Below, piece by piece: positions 1 through 11,285 of a DNA stretch of 41,003 nucleotides. Both the position numbers and the translations under genes were made by a program. The DNA is from Octopus bimaculoides (lineage: Eukaryota): the NCBI RefSeq assembly GCF_001194135.2, contig NC_068982.1, positions 136,551,132 through 136,592,134 on the forward strand. The letters are read 5' to 3'. Numbering within the stretch: position 1 is the first letter of the stretch; every line of letters starts with the position of its first letter. The notes under the pieces are model-generated. The model saw nothing but the letters and a program-made list of their open reading frames with translations, was not told the DNA's origin and did not search any database.

Positions 1-8
1 TATATCAG

Positions 9-243
9 AAAGGCGGCGAGCTAGCAGATTCGTTTGCACGTCGGCCGAAATGCTTACCGGTATTTCGTCTGCCGTTACGTTCTGAGTTCAAATTCCACCG
101 AGGTCGAATTTGCCTTTCATCCTTTCGGGGTCGATTAAATAAGCACCAGTTACGCACTGGGGTCGATGTAATCGACTTAATCCCATCGTCTGTCCTTGTT
201 TGTCCCCATCTATGTTGAGCCCCTTGTGGGCAATAAAGAAATA
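9..243 (+). mobile_element. tRNA-derived SINE, family A, near full length
   Basis: Head GGCGGCGAGCTAGCAGA (A-box-like), GAGTTCAAATTCC (B box), central TTTGCCTTTCATCCTTTCGGGGTCGAT, tail GTGGGCAATAAAGAAAT. The same sequence recurs at 12551, 13584 and 37016. TATATCAG occurs at 1-8 and 244-251 (possible TSD). Confidence 0.9.
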
Positions 244-322
244 TATATCAGCTTGGTAAGAAAGTTCTTGGACACTTTTAGCATATCACTTTATTAACAA
301 TTAAAAGATCAACAAAGAACAA

Positions 323-1000
323 TCAATCCAAAAGGTAATCAACCTCGTTATTGATCACCTTTTACCATCTTTCAAGCAAAGTTTTAAATCCTTTCATCCA
401 AAAATTGTGTGGCTTTGAATCAATAAAGTCATAAAGGAACGATTTCACATCTTCGTTTTCGAACGCTGCAAGGCAGAGAAGAAGTAGTAGTGAGAAGGAG
501 TAAAGTCAGGAGAATACGGTGGGTGCACCATAATCTCTCAGCCCGCCTCGTTCAGCTCCTCTGACGTCTTCTTTGCACGACGTGCTGGCGCGTTGTCTTG
601 GTGGTAAATTATCTTCTTCAAATTTGAGCGTTTTTCAGCCAGCGCGATCTTTAGATGGTCAATTTGTTTGCAGTAGACATGCTGGTCAACGGTGGTATTG
701 CGTGGGAGAAGATCCAACATGATCACACCACGGCAATCCCACCAAACTGAGATCATAACCTTCTTTTGCACAAACGGTCCTTTTGGCGAAAGTTTTGGCT
801 GTTGACCTTTGCTACACCAGAATTATCTGCACCTCACGTTGGAGTACAGTACCCACTTTTCATCCATAGTGGTTACCTACTCCAACCAATCGAATCTACG
901 GCTCACCAGAGCAGACTTTGACACGCAGTGACACGTGCTTGTTTGTTCACTTCAGTCAATTCATGTGGCACCCATTTGCCAAGCTTGCTGATCTTGCCGA
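323..1000 (-). pseudogene. Mariner transposase remnant (linker plus catalytic domain; N-terminal HTH missing)
   Basis: 34 residues lie between the D of QDN and the third catalytic position, which reads H (PSHY). There are in-frame stops (including TGA at 538-540) and frameshifts. The terminal TGA is at 323-325. Confidence 0.88.
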
Positions 1001-1001
1001 G

Positions 1002-1061
1002 TTTTTATATAGACACAAAAGACACGTTGGATGCTCCTGATTGGTCGGCGACGCTGATTGG
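1002..1061 (-). promoter_or_regulatory. Promoter-like module in the mariner 5' end: two CCAAT boxes plus TATA
   Basis: Minus strand reads CCAATCAG at 1054-1061 and 1037-1044 (17 bp apart), then TATATAAAAA at 1002-1011. Confidence 0.4.
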
Positions 1062-2430
1062 TTGCAGGATTGAAGGCGGCTTGGTGTCCAAGAACTTTCT
1101 TACCAATGTAATAGAATTCTTTAATTAAGCTTTAACACATCCGCGTATATCGTGTTTGTATGCAAAAAAAGCAAAACAAGTGTTGTTCTCTAGGCAACAT
1201 CACTTTTATAGGGCGGTTGAGAAAACTTCGTCACAACAGATGTAACATGAATTGGTTTTCAGAATACAAAAATGTCCTGCATTTTATACAAACAAGCAGA
1301 GTCTTCTAATATACAGGCTTTTCTAATTTCTATTTGGCATTTTAGATATAGAAAGTAATTGCAAATACATTTGAAACTGAAGTAAAGGATGAGGTTACTC
1401 AGTCAGTCTTCGATAACACCAGCACTAGCCAAGCATTAAATAGGATATTGGGAATGTACATATGTATAAATGGAAAATGCTGTCGATCACAAACACGTGA
1501 CAAAGAAAGGGATCGTATGGAGAGGACAAATTGAATGAGTTTAGCCGAGAAAAATAGACTATATGCAAAAACAATTTTAAGTCCTGGGAAAGGGTACTTT
1601 AATATAATATTTTGTCTGTTTACCGTCATCGGAATTTGAACATTAATCGTATAAACTTGGAAGATTAGGAGATTGGTTAATTCATTTCCTTCAACAGACT
1701 TTTTATTATGTAACTAGATTAATAACGGGTACTGAAGAAAATAACGGACATGAATATATATTAGTTTACTAGTTCAGGATTGTTTTATCTTATATTTTGT
1801 AAACCTTGTTTCTGTACAGCTACAAACATGCTTTCATTGTCACACTTAGACACATATGCAAACTTGAGCACGTACATCAACAATACAGTTTCTAGATCGA
1901 TACAGACGCACACTTAGGTAGTTTGGTAGATAATATCAATTGGATTTCCATAAGTTAAAAACAAAAGCAGAGTCAATGTATGTAATGTCCAAACAATATA
2001 TTACTAGTTATGACATGTAATATTGTCGGATGGCATTATTCAGGACTAAACCTACAATAGTATTATAATGTGTTATTTGCCATCACCAATCATGTATTGT
2101 TTAACAATATCATATATATAATAACTAAAATGATATATTATTCATACTAAGGCTATATGGTCCATTTAGAGTAACTAAACTTAAACAATTGACTGAAATA
2201 AAAGATGGGCCGAACTACTGGGAATTAAAGATCACATCAATGCTTACAAATCTCCGTACGCACCAAATCCAGCCACATAGCCCATCCTCCAATTTAAACC
2301 ACTTTTTATGTATAGATAATTTTAGTCTTGTATATATATTTTAAAATCTTGTAAACAAAGCGCAAGACTGTAAAATCTACAGCCTTCGGGTTTGTTCACA
2401 AGTTTATATAATTATATATATATATATATA

Positions 2431-2876
2431 CAATAATCCCTCGCCATATCACTGCTCACCTATTGCGAACTCAGTGCATCGCAGATTTTTCTGGCTAATA
2501 TATATATAAATTTATAACGTAGACTCCTATGTATATTGCGGGTTTCTGCAGCCGATACGTATATGCATTATTTTATATTTTAATTATTTTCTGTGATAAA
2601 ATAGGCCTTTTCACGCCTAAAAGTTGATAAATTAATAAATAAAAATATAGTACAGTTCTGCACTGTATAACACTTTAATTAAAATATATTAAAAGAAAAT
2701 ACGTAGTGTACCGTAGATGAATAAACATAGCATCGCACATACTGTAAGGAAAAGGTAACTTGGCAGACGAGTGTGTGGTGTTTTTTCGTATTTATAATAA
2801 AATAAATATATGCAAGTTATAAAAATGATAGAAAATATATATACAGTATAGTACTGTTTCTACTTCGCGAATTTAT
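2431..2876. mobile_element. Tigger/pogo-like non-autonomous DNA element, one end truncated
   Basis: Starts after (TA)n with CAATAATCCCTCGCCATATC, which resembles CAGT.ATCCCTCG-type TIRs. Subterminal CTACTTCGCGAATTT lies at ~2861-2875. No matching right TIR was found. Confidence 0.45.
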
Positions 2877-2886
2877 ATATATATAT

Positions 2887-3191
2887 ATTCTGTATTTGTG
2901 AATTAAGGCTACCGTTGGTTTCGTGAATAAGAAGAGTGGAAAATATCCAAGTGTCTTAACAATTTTTCAAGCCCATCACATGGAGGAAGGTGTTCACCTC
3001 CATTTTGGAAAACAACCTCGTTTAGTTCACTAACGTACGAGAAATCCCGTGAACGAAACGTGACTGTTTTCCAAAATGGAGGCGAACATCTTTCTCTATG
3101 TGATCGGCTTGAAAAATTGTTAAGACATTAGGATAGATTTTCACTCTTCTTAACATGAACCAATGGTAGCCTTAATTCACAAATAAAGAAA
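2887..3191. repeat. Long foldback inverted repeat (MITE-like): ~143-bp arms with an 18-nt loop
   Basis: 2887-3030 is the reverse complement of 3049-3191 at roughly 85% identity. The blocks GTCTTAACAATTTTTCAAGCC and CCTCCATTTTGGAAAACA are perfectly mirrored. Confidence 0.92.
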
Positions 3192-3192
3192 T

Positions 3193-3715
3193 TATTTGTC
3201 CACCAATGCGGTATTGAGCACTCAATCCAACTGCTCAGAAACCTGCAACAATACGAATACTCGTCGTCAAGCATCTACCATTTTCTGAACGTCTTGCTTC
3301 CCTGAGCTTGGATACATTGAAGCTCAAACGTCTGGCAACTGACTTGGTAGACACCCACAAGATTATCCACCATTTTTCCAACAACAACCTTGGGAACCTC
3401 TTTGAATTCCATAAGTCAAACACTCACGGACATGCTCACAAATTAAAAAAAAAACAATACAGCACCCATGACTTTCGGAAATATTTTTTCACGTTCAGAA
3501 TTGTTGAAGCATGGAATAAATTATCCGCATCATTTGTTAGCTGTCGAGACACTACATCCTTCCATGCATCCTGAAATCTACCAACAATGCACTTGATTGC
3601 TGTGTTTTCTTTAGTTGTAGTTCATCTGAGCATTGTATACAATTTCTATAGTTTTTGCGCACCAAATTGTCTCACAGTATATTGGTCACTTCGGGATTAT
3701 GGTCGAATACATTTA
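3193..3715 (+). mobile_element. CR1/L2-group LINE, 3' fragment (ORF2 C-terminus and 3' UTR)
   Basis: Translation FSERLASLSLDTLKLKRLATDL...THGHAHKL...RKYFFTFRIVEAWNKL matches the ERL..L.L..L..RR..DL / TRGH..KL / FF..RVV..WN.L pattern. Confidence 0.85.
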
Positions 3716-3717
3716 TT

Positions 3718-3789
3718 TAAGGTGCTTTGCAGAGGGACTGAACCTGAAACAACATGGTTGCAGACTCAGCTTCTTAACCACTCAGCCGT
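3718..3789 (-). mobile_element. SINE family B head fragment (tRNA-like)
   Basis: Minus strand GGCTGAGTGGTTAAGAAG...CAACCATG...GGTTCAGTCCC...CACCTT, similar to the head at 20580-20640. Confidence 0.6.
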
Positions 3790-4548
3790 GTGTTCTCTAG
3801 CTGAACATTTTTAATCATCTCGGTTAAATTATATGTTTTATATAGCTGTCAGATAAATTACATTATGTGTTCTATGGTTTTCTATGAACGAATATTCTAG
3901 ATTAGATAGGTTTCATATCTACGGCCCCTCTCGCTAGGAAAAGATATTATAGACAATCTCATCTCAATGTTGTGAGTGAAAGTAACATTTTATTATATAT
4001 AAGCGTTTCGTTTAGGAACAAACTCTTTCACTTGTACCAGCAAATTAGATTGGTTCCATTACAGCAATACCAATAGAATAAGATAGACTTGTTGTATATT
4101 AGTGTTGGACTTTCCATTTCTAACGATACTCGTTTTCGGTTAACCTATGAGACTAGCATCTCTCTTAAGATCATAAACAGCATGGCTGTTATTTCTCCTT
4201 TTCTAAAAACATTAGGCATCAAAGAGAATCACATCACAGCAAATATATCAATGAAGGTAATAATATCCCAACATCACACGTAAAACTGAAGTTAGGTGTG
4301 ATGAAATATTAAGAAATGCAGAGTATCTCTCTATCATATTGGAGGGACAGGAAATAGAAGGCATTTTAGATTCGTGGAATAAACTATTTAGCGTAGATTA
4401 GATTTCTCCTGTCAATATCTATTTGAAACATTTCTAGGTAAGTCTTCAGAAAAATATATATATGTTGGCATTACTCACTAAAAAATTCGCATATAAAAAG
4501 ATAATATAGACAGTATAAATTAAGATTCAATTGCATAGCGTATATACA

Positions 4549-4565
4549 TATGTGTGTGCTTGTGT

Positions 4566-4624
<59 letters not shown>

Positions 4625-4645
4625 TGGGTACGTGTGTGTGTGTTT
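4549..4645. repeat. (TG)n microsatellite
   Basis: Read directly from the sequence. Confidence 0.97.
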
Positions 4646-6912
4646 AAGCATGAGTTTGTACATATGTGTATATATGGAAATATAAAACATATATGCAATA
4701 AATATGTGTGTGTTAGTGTGTGCATATATTATATGTCATAGTTTCACTACTTTGTGTGTGTGTGATTCGAATTTCAAATTAACTTTATGATCGCATCTCC
4801 TGAACTTAGATCTCTCTGTAATGTTTCATTTTCATGAATGCGCTGTATGTCTCTGTTATACTTTGTTGGCGAAACACTATCACTAGCTAAATATTGTGTA
4901 GATTCCTTTCGCTGCCATCTCTTGGGAAATTCTGGGAAGTAATTCACATGCATGGCCGACATACAAAGAATGTTTGAATCGTTATTACCGCCGGGAAATA
5001 AAACAAAGCTTATAGTTCTTTTGTTAATGTTTTATGTGATGGACGTAGTAATTTTAAATCAACTCTAAACCACATGAAATGGTTATTTCAGGATCAACAA
5101 TGAAAAAACAAAATAATAATTATGTATTGAAATCAATATAGTAACAATGGTCTCCCTCATCACTCACAGCAAAATTTCACGCTGATTCATGAAATATGAA
5201 GATAGAATGTTGTCGAATCTTTTGGTCCTTAATATAGTATTTCAGATGATTAGTTTATTTTAAACTCATATATACATTCGTTATGAATTAAATTGCTATT
5301 AATATAAAGTTTGCAATTATTTCCCGTAGGAATGTAGATCAATTAAATAGAAAAATACCAAATATTCATTTATTCTACTCATAAATTTGATTTATAATTT
5401 CAATAGTACTCGGCGTTTTATATATATTCAAATCTTCATCTTCTCATTCGTATAGTACAAAAGCTTTTTTCCATTCAAATACATCTCCATCCATTGCTAT
5501 TTATTACAGAACTATACAACTTGAGTTTGAATTTTTCATATTAAATTTATATCGTCTCACTTTACAGAAAATATAGAACAACAACAAATAAAACGGAAAG
5601 TTTTATGATGTGACAAATTTTGGAACAGATGCAAAATATTTTCTATATTGAAAATTATAAAGGAGCCTTCAGCTTTTACGTTCGTCAAAAGTCATGGATT
5701 TTTCAATAAAATTCAGTAAGTTATCTTTGCTTTTCTATAACAAATTTCCACGAAATAAGATAAATTCATAATAGGTTATAGATTATATTATAGGCACTTC
5801 AAATATTGCATACATTGATATTATTGGAAGAAAAGACAAAAAATAACTCTTAGTGAGACAGGCAATGGAAAGAGATTCAATGAAGGTAGTGGATAACCTT
5901 GCTAACCTTGTAACATGTGTGCCTTGCTTAAGGCACACATGAAAATGAATGTTGAGCTGTTATTAAACAGCCATGTTGTATCACATAAATCCTTTTACAC
6001 AGACAATGCGAAATTTTAAAAATTGGGCAGATAAAATGCGCTCGAGTAGAGTTCTTGCTTGAATGGATTATTACCAATGAAACTAGTCGACACTCAGGAC
6101 ACATATCTTTAATACGCCTCCATCTTATTCACATCGTCGTACCTAATAATTATGACGTGTCAGTAATCAGTTAATTCAACCATAGTATTATATAAAGCTG
6201 ATGTAACTTGTCAGAATTATACGTTTAAACAGTACGTACTCTAGGAAATCATGCGATGATTATGAAAATATATCGTGATTTATATTTATCGTAGTGATTT
6301 GATATTTATAGTGGTCGCTAATATTTCATTTAATGGTTGCAATGTAGGCCTTGGTCTCAAGTCATTGATATGTAAGAAGCTGCCGTGATTGATATTAGGG
6401 CTGAGTGTTGTTATAAAGGATAATCAGTTACAATTCAATTTTCTTCAAGGAAGTCTATCAGTCTGCAAAAGTTCTATAATGTTGAGTCGATCCATAACGA
6501 ATGACATGGTAACTGACTTCCCTTCCATCGTACAAACAGGAATGAATTTCTATGACTGAGGAACAGAATCATGAAATGGTTAGAAAATGAGGAATTACTA
6601 TTGAATTTGTCTTGCAGGTGCAGAGAATCAAAATATCTATACAATATATACCGTATCAAATTGCATCACTATGAGAGCTTACCTTATAGGTACAGATGGT
6701 CGTATCATTACCTACAAACATCAAATGTTTTAAATCGGGTCGATTATGGATCATAGTAAAAATTATTTTATAAATCGTGATGACGCACTGGCTTAGATAG
6801 AATATATAATATATCATGTTTTAATTCAGCTCAATTTTGGAGAAGAAAAGAAAGACGGGAAGCACTTATAAGTAATATATCATACAATGGTAATGTAATT
6901 TTTTGTTTTTTA

Positions 6913-7205
6913 TATTTTACGTGTTTCAGTCAGTAAAATGCAGCCATGCTGTGGCTTCTCCTTGAAGAATGAATCGAGCTCAATCAACGCCACCCTTTTT
7001 CAAATTGGTATTTATTCTATCGGTGTCTTCTGTCAATCCACGATGTTACGGGGACGTAAACATACCGACACCGGTTGTCAAGCGGTGCAACGGGACAAAC
7101 ACAGACACAAAGAAACATAAACACACTCACGTACACACACACACACATAAACACACATACACACTCATAAACACGCACTCACACACACGCATTCACACAC
7201 ACATA
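6913..7205 (-). mobile_element. SINE family B, 3' half plus internal (CA)-rich tract
   Basis: GTTTCAGTCA...GCCATGCT...TATTCTATCGG...GTTACGGGGACGTAAACA...CGGTTGTCAAGCG...GGACAAA is collinear with 20270-20450. Confidence 0.8.
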
Positions 7206-7349
7206 TATAATATAAAGAAAATGGAGAGCGTGAACACAGAAAATCACTTTATTTATATATTAGTCGGCAATTTCCTGTCGCCTACGCTCGTTTCAGTTCC
7301 TACCTTTATTCATATTTTACAATTACATTGCATTTTGAATTTATAAGCC

Positions 7350-8940
7350 AAAATTAAAATAGTATGGTTCAAAGGATAACTCAAATGATAAGAACAATAA
7401 GCATAAAGCAGGACGCAAACAAAAATTAAAAGTCCTTGAATTAAACGTAAATTCTAATAATGAAAATTATACACAAAAACGGTATTCACAATAATGATAT
7501 TAAAATAAAGGAAAATAAACATAAGGATAAAATGATTACAGATGGAATTCGATATAGAATATATAAGAATAATATCAGAATATACACCATGAAACATATT
7601 GAAGGTTTAAATAAACCAAGCACTTATAACAAGGATGGAAACAACGAGGAACTAATAAAATTTAAATATAATAGAATAGAAAAATGACCAAAAACAAAAT
7701 AATGAATATCGCGACTACTTAAATAAAAATAAAAATAAATATAAACCTAAGTAGCATAGGAAATAATAAAAAAGTAAAAATCGAGAACCTAAACTATATT
7801 ATTCAGGTTAAAATCTGTAAAGCATTAAACCCCGTATATGAATGCAATTAACTACCAGAAAAATTACTCTAAAAAGAATTACTGTAACAATAATATAGTA
7901 TGGCTCATAATACCATTTGCAAAACAAATTTGAATTAATATAGTAAAATTATTTTACACAACTGTCTCGAAACAATTTTCAAACAGTTAACAGAAAATAA
8001 CGAACTCGCAGAAATTAAGGGCCAGTTTCTGCGTTTCAAAAACCATTGCAGAAATTATATTTGCGCAAAATACTAAAATTTAAATGATTTCTATAACAAC
8101 GGGAGTAAGTAATATACAAATTATTTACTTAATGCCACAAACGTTGAAGATCATAACGATAGTGTTCAATAGACAAGCGAGGGAAGGGAAGTAATTCTTA
8201 ATGATCCCCCACTAAGACGGAAAAATTTAAACTTGCAGCCTCCAAAAATGAGAAAAAATAAACTTAATAAGAATAACAAAAATGGTAATAAAAACACTAA
8301 TGCAAATGATTTAAATATATTACTGATACCTATATTAGCAAAAACGAACAAGAAAATCGGTTACAATATAATTATTAAGATACATAACAACAGGGAACAG
8401 GAAGAATATATGTCATTAGTTAAAACACATAACACAAGAAATAAGCATAATGAATATAACCCTGTAAACGGGAAAAATATGCACAGCATAATGAATAAGG
8501 AATCAGAAAAAGATTCTGCAAATAAAACCTGTGATGGTGCCAATGAAAATAAAAATAGATGTCCATTAAGACATTTTTGTCGAGAAAAATGTGTAATATA
8601 TGTGTAAGGTAATGTCTGAGGAGCAGGATTACGACTGTATAGGCTCCACGCAAAATTATATAAAAATAAGGATAGCCAAACATGAAAGCTCTTTTAGAGA
8701 GAAAAGAAGTTTAAGTAGAATAATCTGGGCAATTAAGGACAAAACAAGGTCTTTACGCTGAAATGAGAAGGAAGTAACCGCGCAAAATCTGTTTGACAAA
8801 TGCAAATGTGTGATTTATGTAAAGATGTGACTTATGCGTTGAAAAAATTTTACTGATCATTACATCCAAGCACAAATTACTCAACGATATAAGAGAAAAA
8901 GGTTTTGCTGCCCACACGTAATTAAATATGTTTAATAAAT
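7350..8940 (+). mobile_element. Highly diverged, very AT-rich Penelope-like remnant (RT thumb, linker twice, GIY-YIG)
   Basis: Pieced across frames: NIVWLIIPFAKQI..IVKLF and SFCVSKTIAEIIFAQNTKI (WFNPP..NIG..F and SYSC..N...II..HN.KI-like); then RCPLRHFCREKCVIY..KVMSEEQDYDCIGSTQNYIKIRIAKHESSF...LSRIIWAIK, MCDLCK, LLNDIRE and CCPHVIK. The order matches the C-terminus of Neptune-type PLE ORFs. Confidence 0.6.
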
Positions 8941-9559
8941 TCAAATAAATGAAATTAAGTTATAGTTAATAAAATACGTCTAGTAAATCCAGATAAATAT
9001 AATTAAATGGGCATTGTCAATAAATAGATATATATAACCAAGGATTTTTAATATTAATCAATTAGAAGAAGACATATTGAAACCCTTACGATCAGCTGAT
9101 GTGTCGAAATAAATAGATTAACAATTGTGTTACAGAAATGAGGGATAGAGGGCTTGATATATCCATAAGGAGAAGATATATACATATATATATATATATA
9201 ATTTAAAATAATAAATTATATTTAAATAAACACTCGATGAATAATAATATTAAAGTAAACATGGGAACAAATCTTAAAATAAAATTTACTCTCACCATTT
9301 GAAAATAGTCTAACTCTATGCATGTGATACGTATTAAATCATACTCCCATTAAAATATATGAACATTAATTTAACTAAATATATATTATAACCCTAACTA
9401 TCAACTGAAAAGACTAATAAGCATCATAAATAAATATATAACCAATAAAAATCGAAATTCTTTCATTTAACTAAGTACAGGTTAAGTATATTGATTTAGA
9501 TACTTACTAATAAATGTATATATATTTATATTTTTACTTTTAGATTCCTTTAGCAAGGG

Positions 9560-9735
9560 AATGCGGATAGAAGTGTTAACCAGCTTATAAAAATACTAAC
9601 CTAAATTCCATTAAGGGTGGGTAGTAACATGACCTAGGTCTTCAAGACTGCTACTAGCCATTGTCCTCTATGATCGTAGTTTAACCTCTAGTTATTTTTA
9701 GAATGAAATCCAAGGACACACAAGCTCTCTCTCAC
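9560..9735 (-). repeat. Unclassified interspersed repeat, copy 1
   Basis: The reverse complement aligns to 29905-30070 (TTCTAAAAATA.CTA..GGT, AATGGCTAGTAGCAGT..TGAAGA.CTAG.TCATG.TACTA..CACCCTTAATGGAATT). Confidence 0.8.
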
Positions 9736-10157
9736 ACACACAAACAAGCTGCTATTTTAGTCTGTAAGGAACTCTCCATCCTTATAAATTCATAATGCAA
9801 TTAAATTGTAGCATATGAACGAAGGTAAGAATTAAAACTTACGACATGCGTAGGCAACATAAAATTGACTACTACCATGTAGATAAATTGATGTTCTCTG
9901 TTCACACTCACTATTTTCTTTATATTATATTATTAACATTCTGTTCTCCAACGTCGGATGAATGAAAACATCCATAACGACCACTGGAACTTCATTAGTG
10001 TTAAGCACTAATGTCGAAAAAGATCCATCAATAAACAAAGATTAACAAATTCCAGGAAAATCAATCAATGTGAAGCTAAACCGGTTTGCGCTTGGATGAA
10101 ATGCATTCCTGTTGAAAGAGCAACCTCTTTCCATTCGAAACCTCATAAACACTCGTT

Positions 10158-10161
10158 ACAT

Positions 10162-10235
<74 letters not shown>
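10158..10235. repeat. Compound (TACA)n(CA)n(TA)n microsatellite abutting gap 10236-10706
   Basis: Read directly from the sequence. Confidence 0.95.
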
Positions 10236-10931
10236 NNNNNNNNNNNNNNNNNNNNNNNNNNNNNNNNNNNNNNNNNNNNNNNNNNNNNNNNNNNNNNNNN
10301 NNNNNNNNNNNNNNNNNNNNNNNNNNNNNNNNNNNNNNNNNNNNNNNNNNNNNNNNNNNNNNNNNNNNNNNNNNNNNNNNNNNNNNNNNNNNNNNNNNNN
10401 NNNNNNNNNNNNNNNNNNNNNNNNNNNNNNNNNNNNNNNNNNNNNNNNNNNNNNNNNNNNNNNNNNNNNNNNNNNNNNNNNNNNNNNNNNNNNNNNNNNN
10501 NNNNNNNNNNNNNNNNNNNNNNNNNNNNNNNNNNNNNNNNNNNNNNNNNNNNNNNNNNNNNNNNNNNNNNNNNNNNNNNNNNNNNNNNNNNNNNNNNNNN
10601 NNNNNNNNNNNNNNNNNNNNNNNNNNNNNNNNNNNNNNNNNNNNNNNNNNNNNNNNNNNNNNNNNNNNNNNNNNNNNNNNNNNNNNNNNNNNNNNNNNNN
10701 NNNNNNATTACAGGTAAAAACTCAATTAAAATCAATTTATAAAAAATTAAAATTAAATTGAGCTTTATAGATAAAATATATATAAAATATATAGTTTTAG
10801 GGAAAATAACCAAGTTTCAAGAACTCATCGATGACAATCCACTATCACATATAGAAAAATTAATAATTAAAAGCACAATAAATGAGTATAATATAAAGTA
10901 AAGTAAATATCATAAGATAAATATAAATATA

Positions 10932-11285
10932 AATACATACATACATACATACATACATACATACATACATACATACATACGACAGGCCTCGTTCTCTTTT
11001 CGGCTACAAAATCCTCTCACAGGGTTTTGTCGCTCCATGACCATAGTAGAAGATACTTGCCTAAGGAGCCAGGCAGTGGGACTGAGTGCAGAACATATAT
11101 ATATAAATACGTACATACATACATACATACATACGACAGGCCTTGTTCTCTTTTCGGCTACAAAATCCTCTCACAGGGTTTTGTCGCTTCATGACCATAG
11201 TAGAAGATACTTGCCTAAGGAGCCAGGCAGTGGGACTGAGTGCAGAACAATGTGGTTGAGAAGTAAAATTCTTACCATACCATGC
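10932..11285 (-). mobile_element. SINE family B 5' half (tRNA head plus CORE-like domain) with a 154-bp tandem duplication
   Basis: 10980-11095 is repeated at 11134-11249 with only ~3 differences. The minus strand GGCTCCTTAGGCAAGTATCTTCTACTAT resembles the CORE motif ACCTTGGGCAAGT. Each unit is bounded by (TACA)n. Confidence 0.85.

Larger units (their letters stand above)
248..1111 (-). mobile_element. Mariner (DD34D) DNA transposon, internally deleted and non-autonomous
   Basis: 28-bp TIRs at 248-275 and 1084-1111 (inner 23 bp TTGGTAAGAAAGTTCTTGGACAC is a perfect match), flanked by TA at 246-247 and 1112-1113. The minus strand encodes KLGKWVPHEL, TMDEKWVLYSN, KVMISVWWD, HQDNAPA and HPPYSPDFTPSHY. 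Confidence 0.93.

Noticed and set aside
928-1128. 66-aa + strand ORF
   Set aside because: It is antisense to the mariner remnant and runs through its TIR.
6618-6689. Possible + strand 72-nt exon (TTGCAG...AG|GTACAG), with overlapping minus-strand splice-like signals
   Set aside because: Two + frames are open, equally plausible minus-strand models exist, and neither gives a recognisable motif.
9096-9109. CTGATGTGTCGAAA shortly downstream of the AT-rich GIY-YIG remnant
   Set aside because: The position would suit a PLE hammerhead, but A9 is missing, there is no stem II, and no stem I or III could be drawn.
10707-10738. TTACAGGTAAAAACTCAATTAAA shared in inverted form with 31963-31991, both next to ~480-nt gaps
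   Set aside because: The gaps lie on opposite sides of the motif, so this is most simply a common repeat end and not a paired structure.
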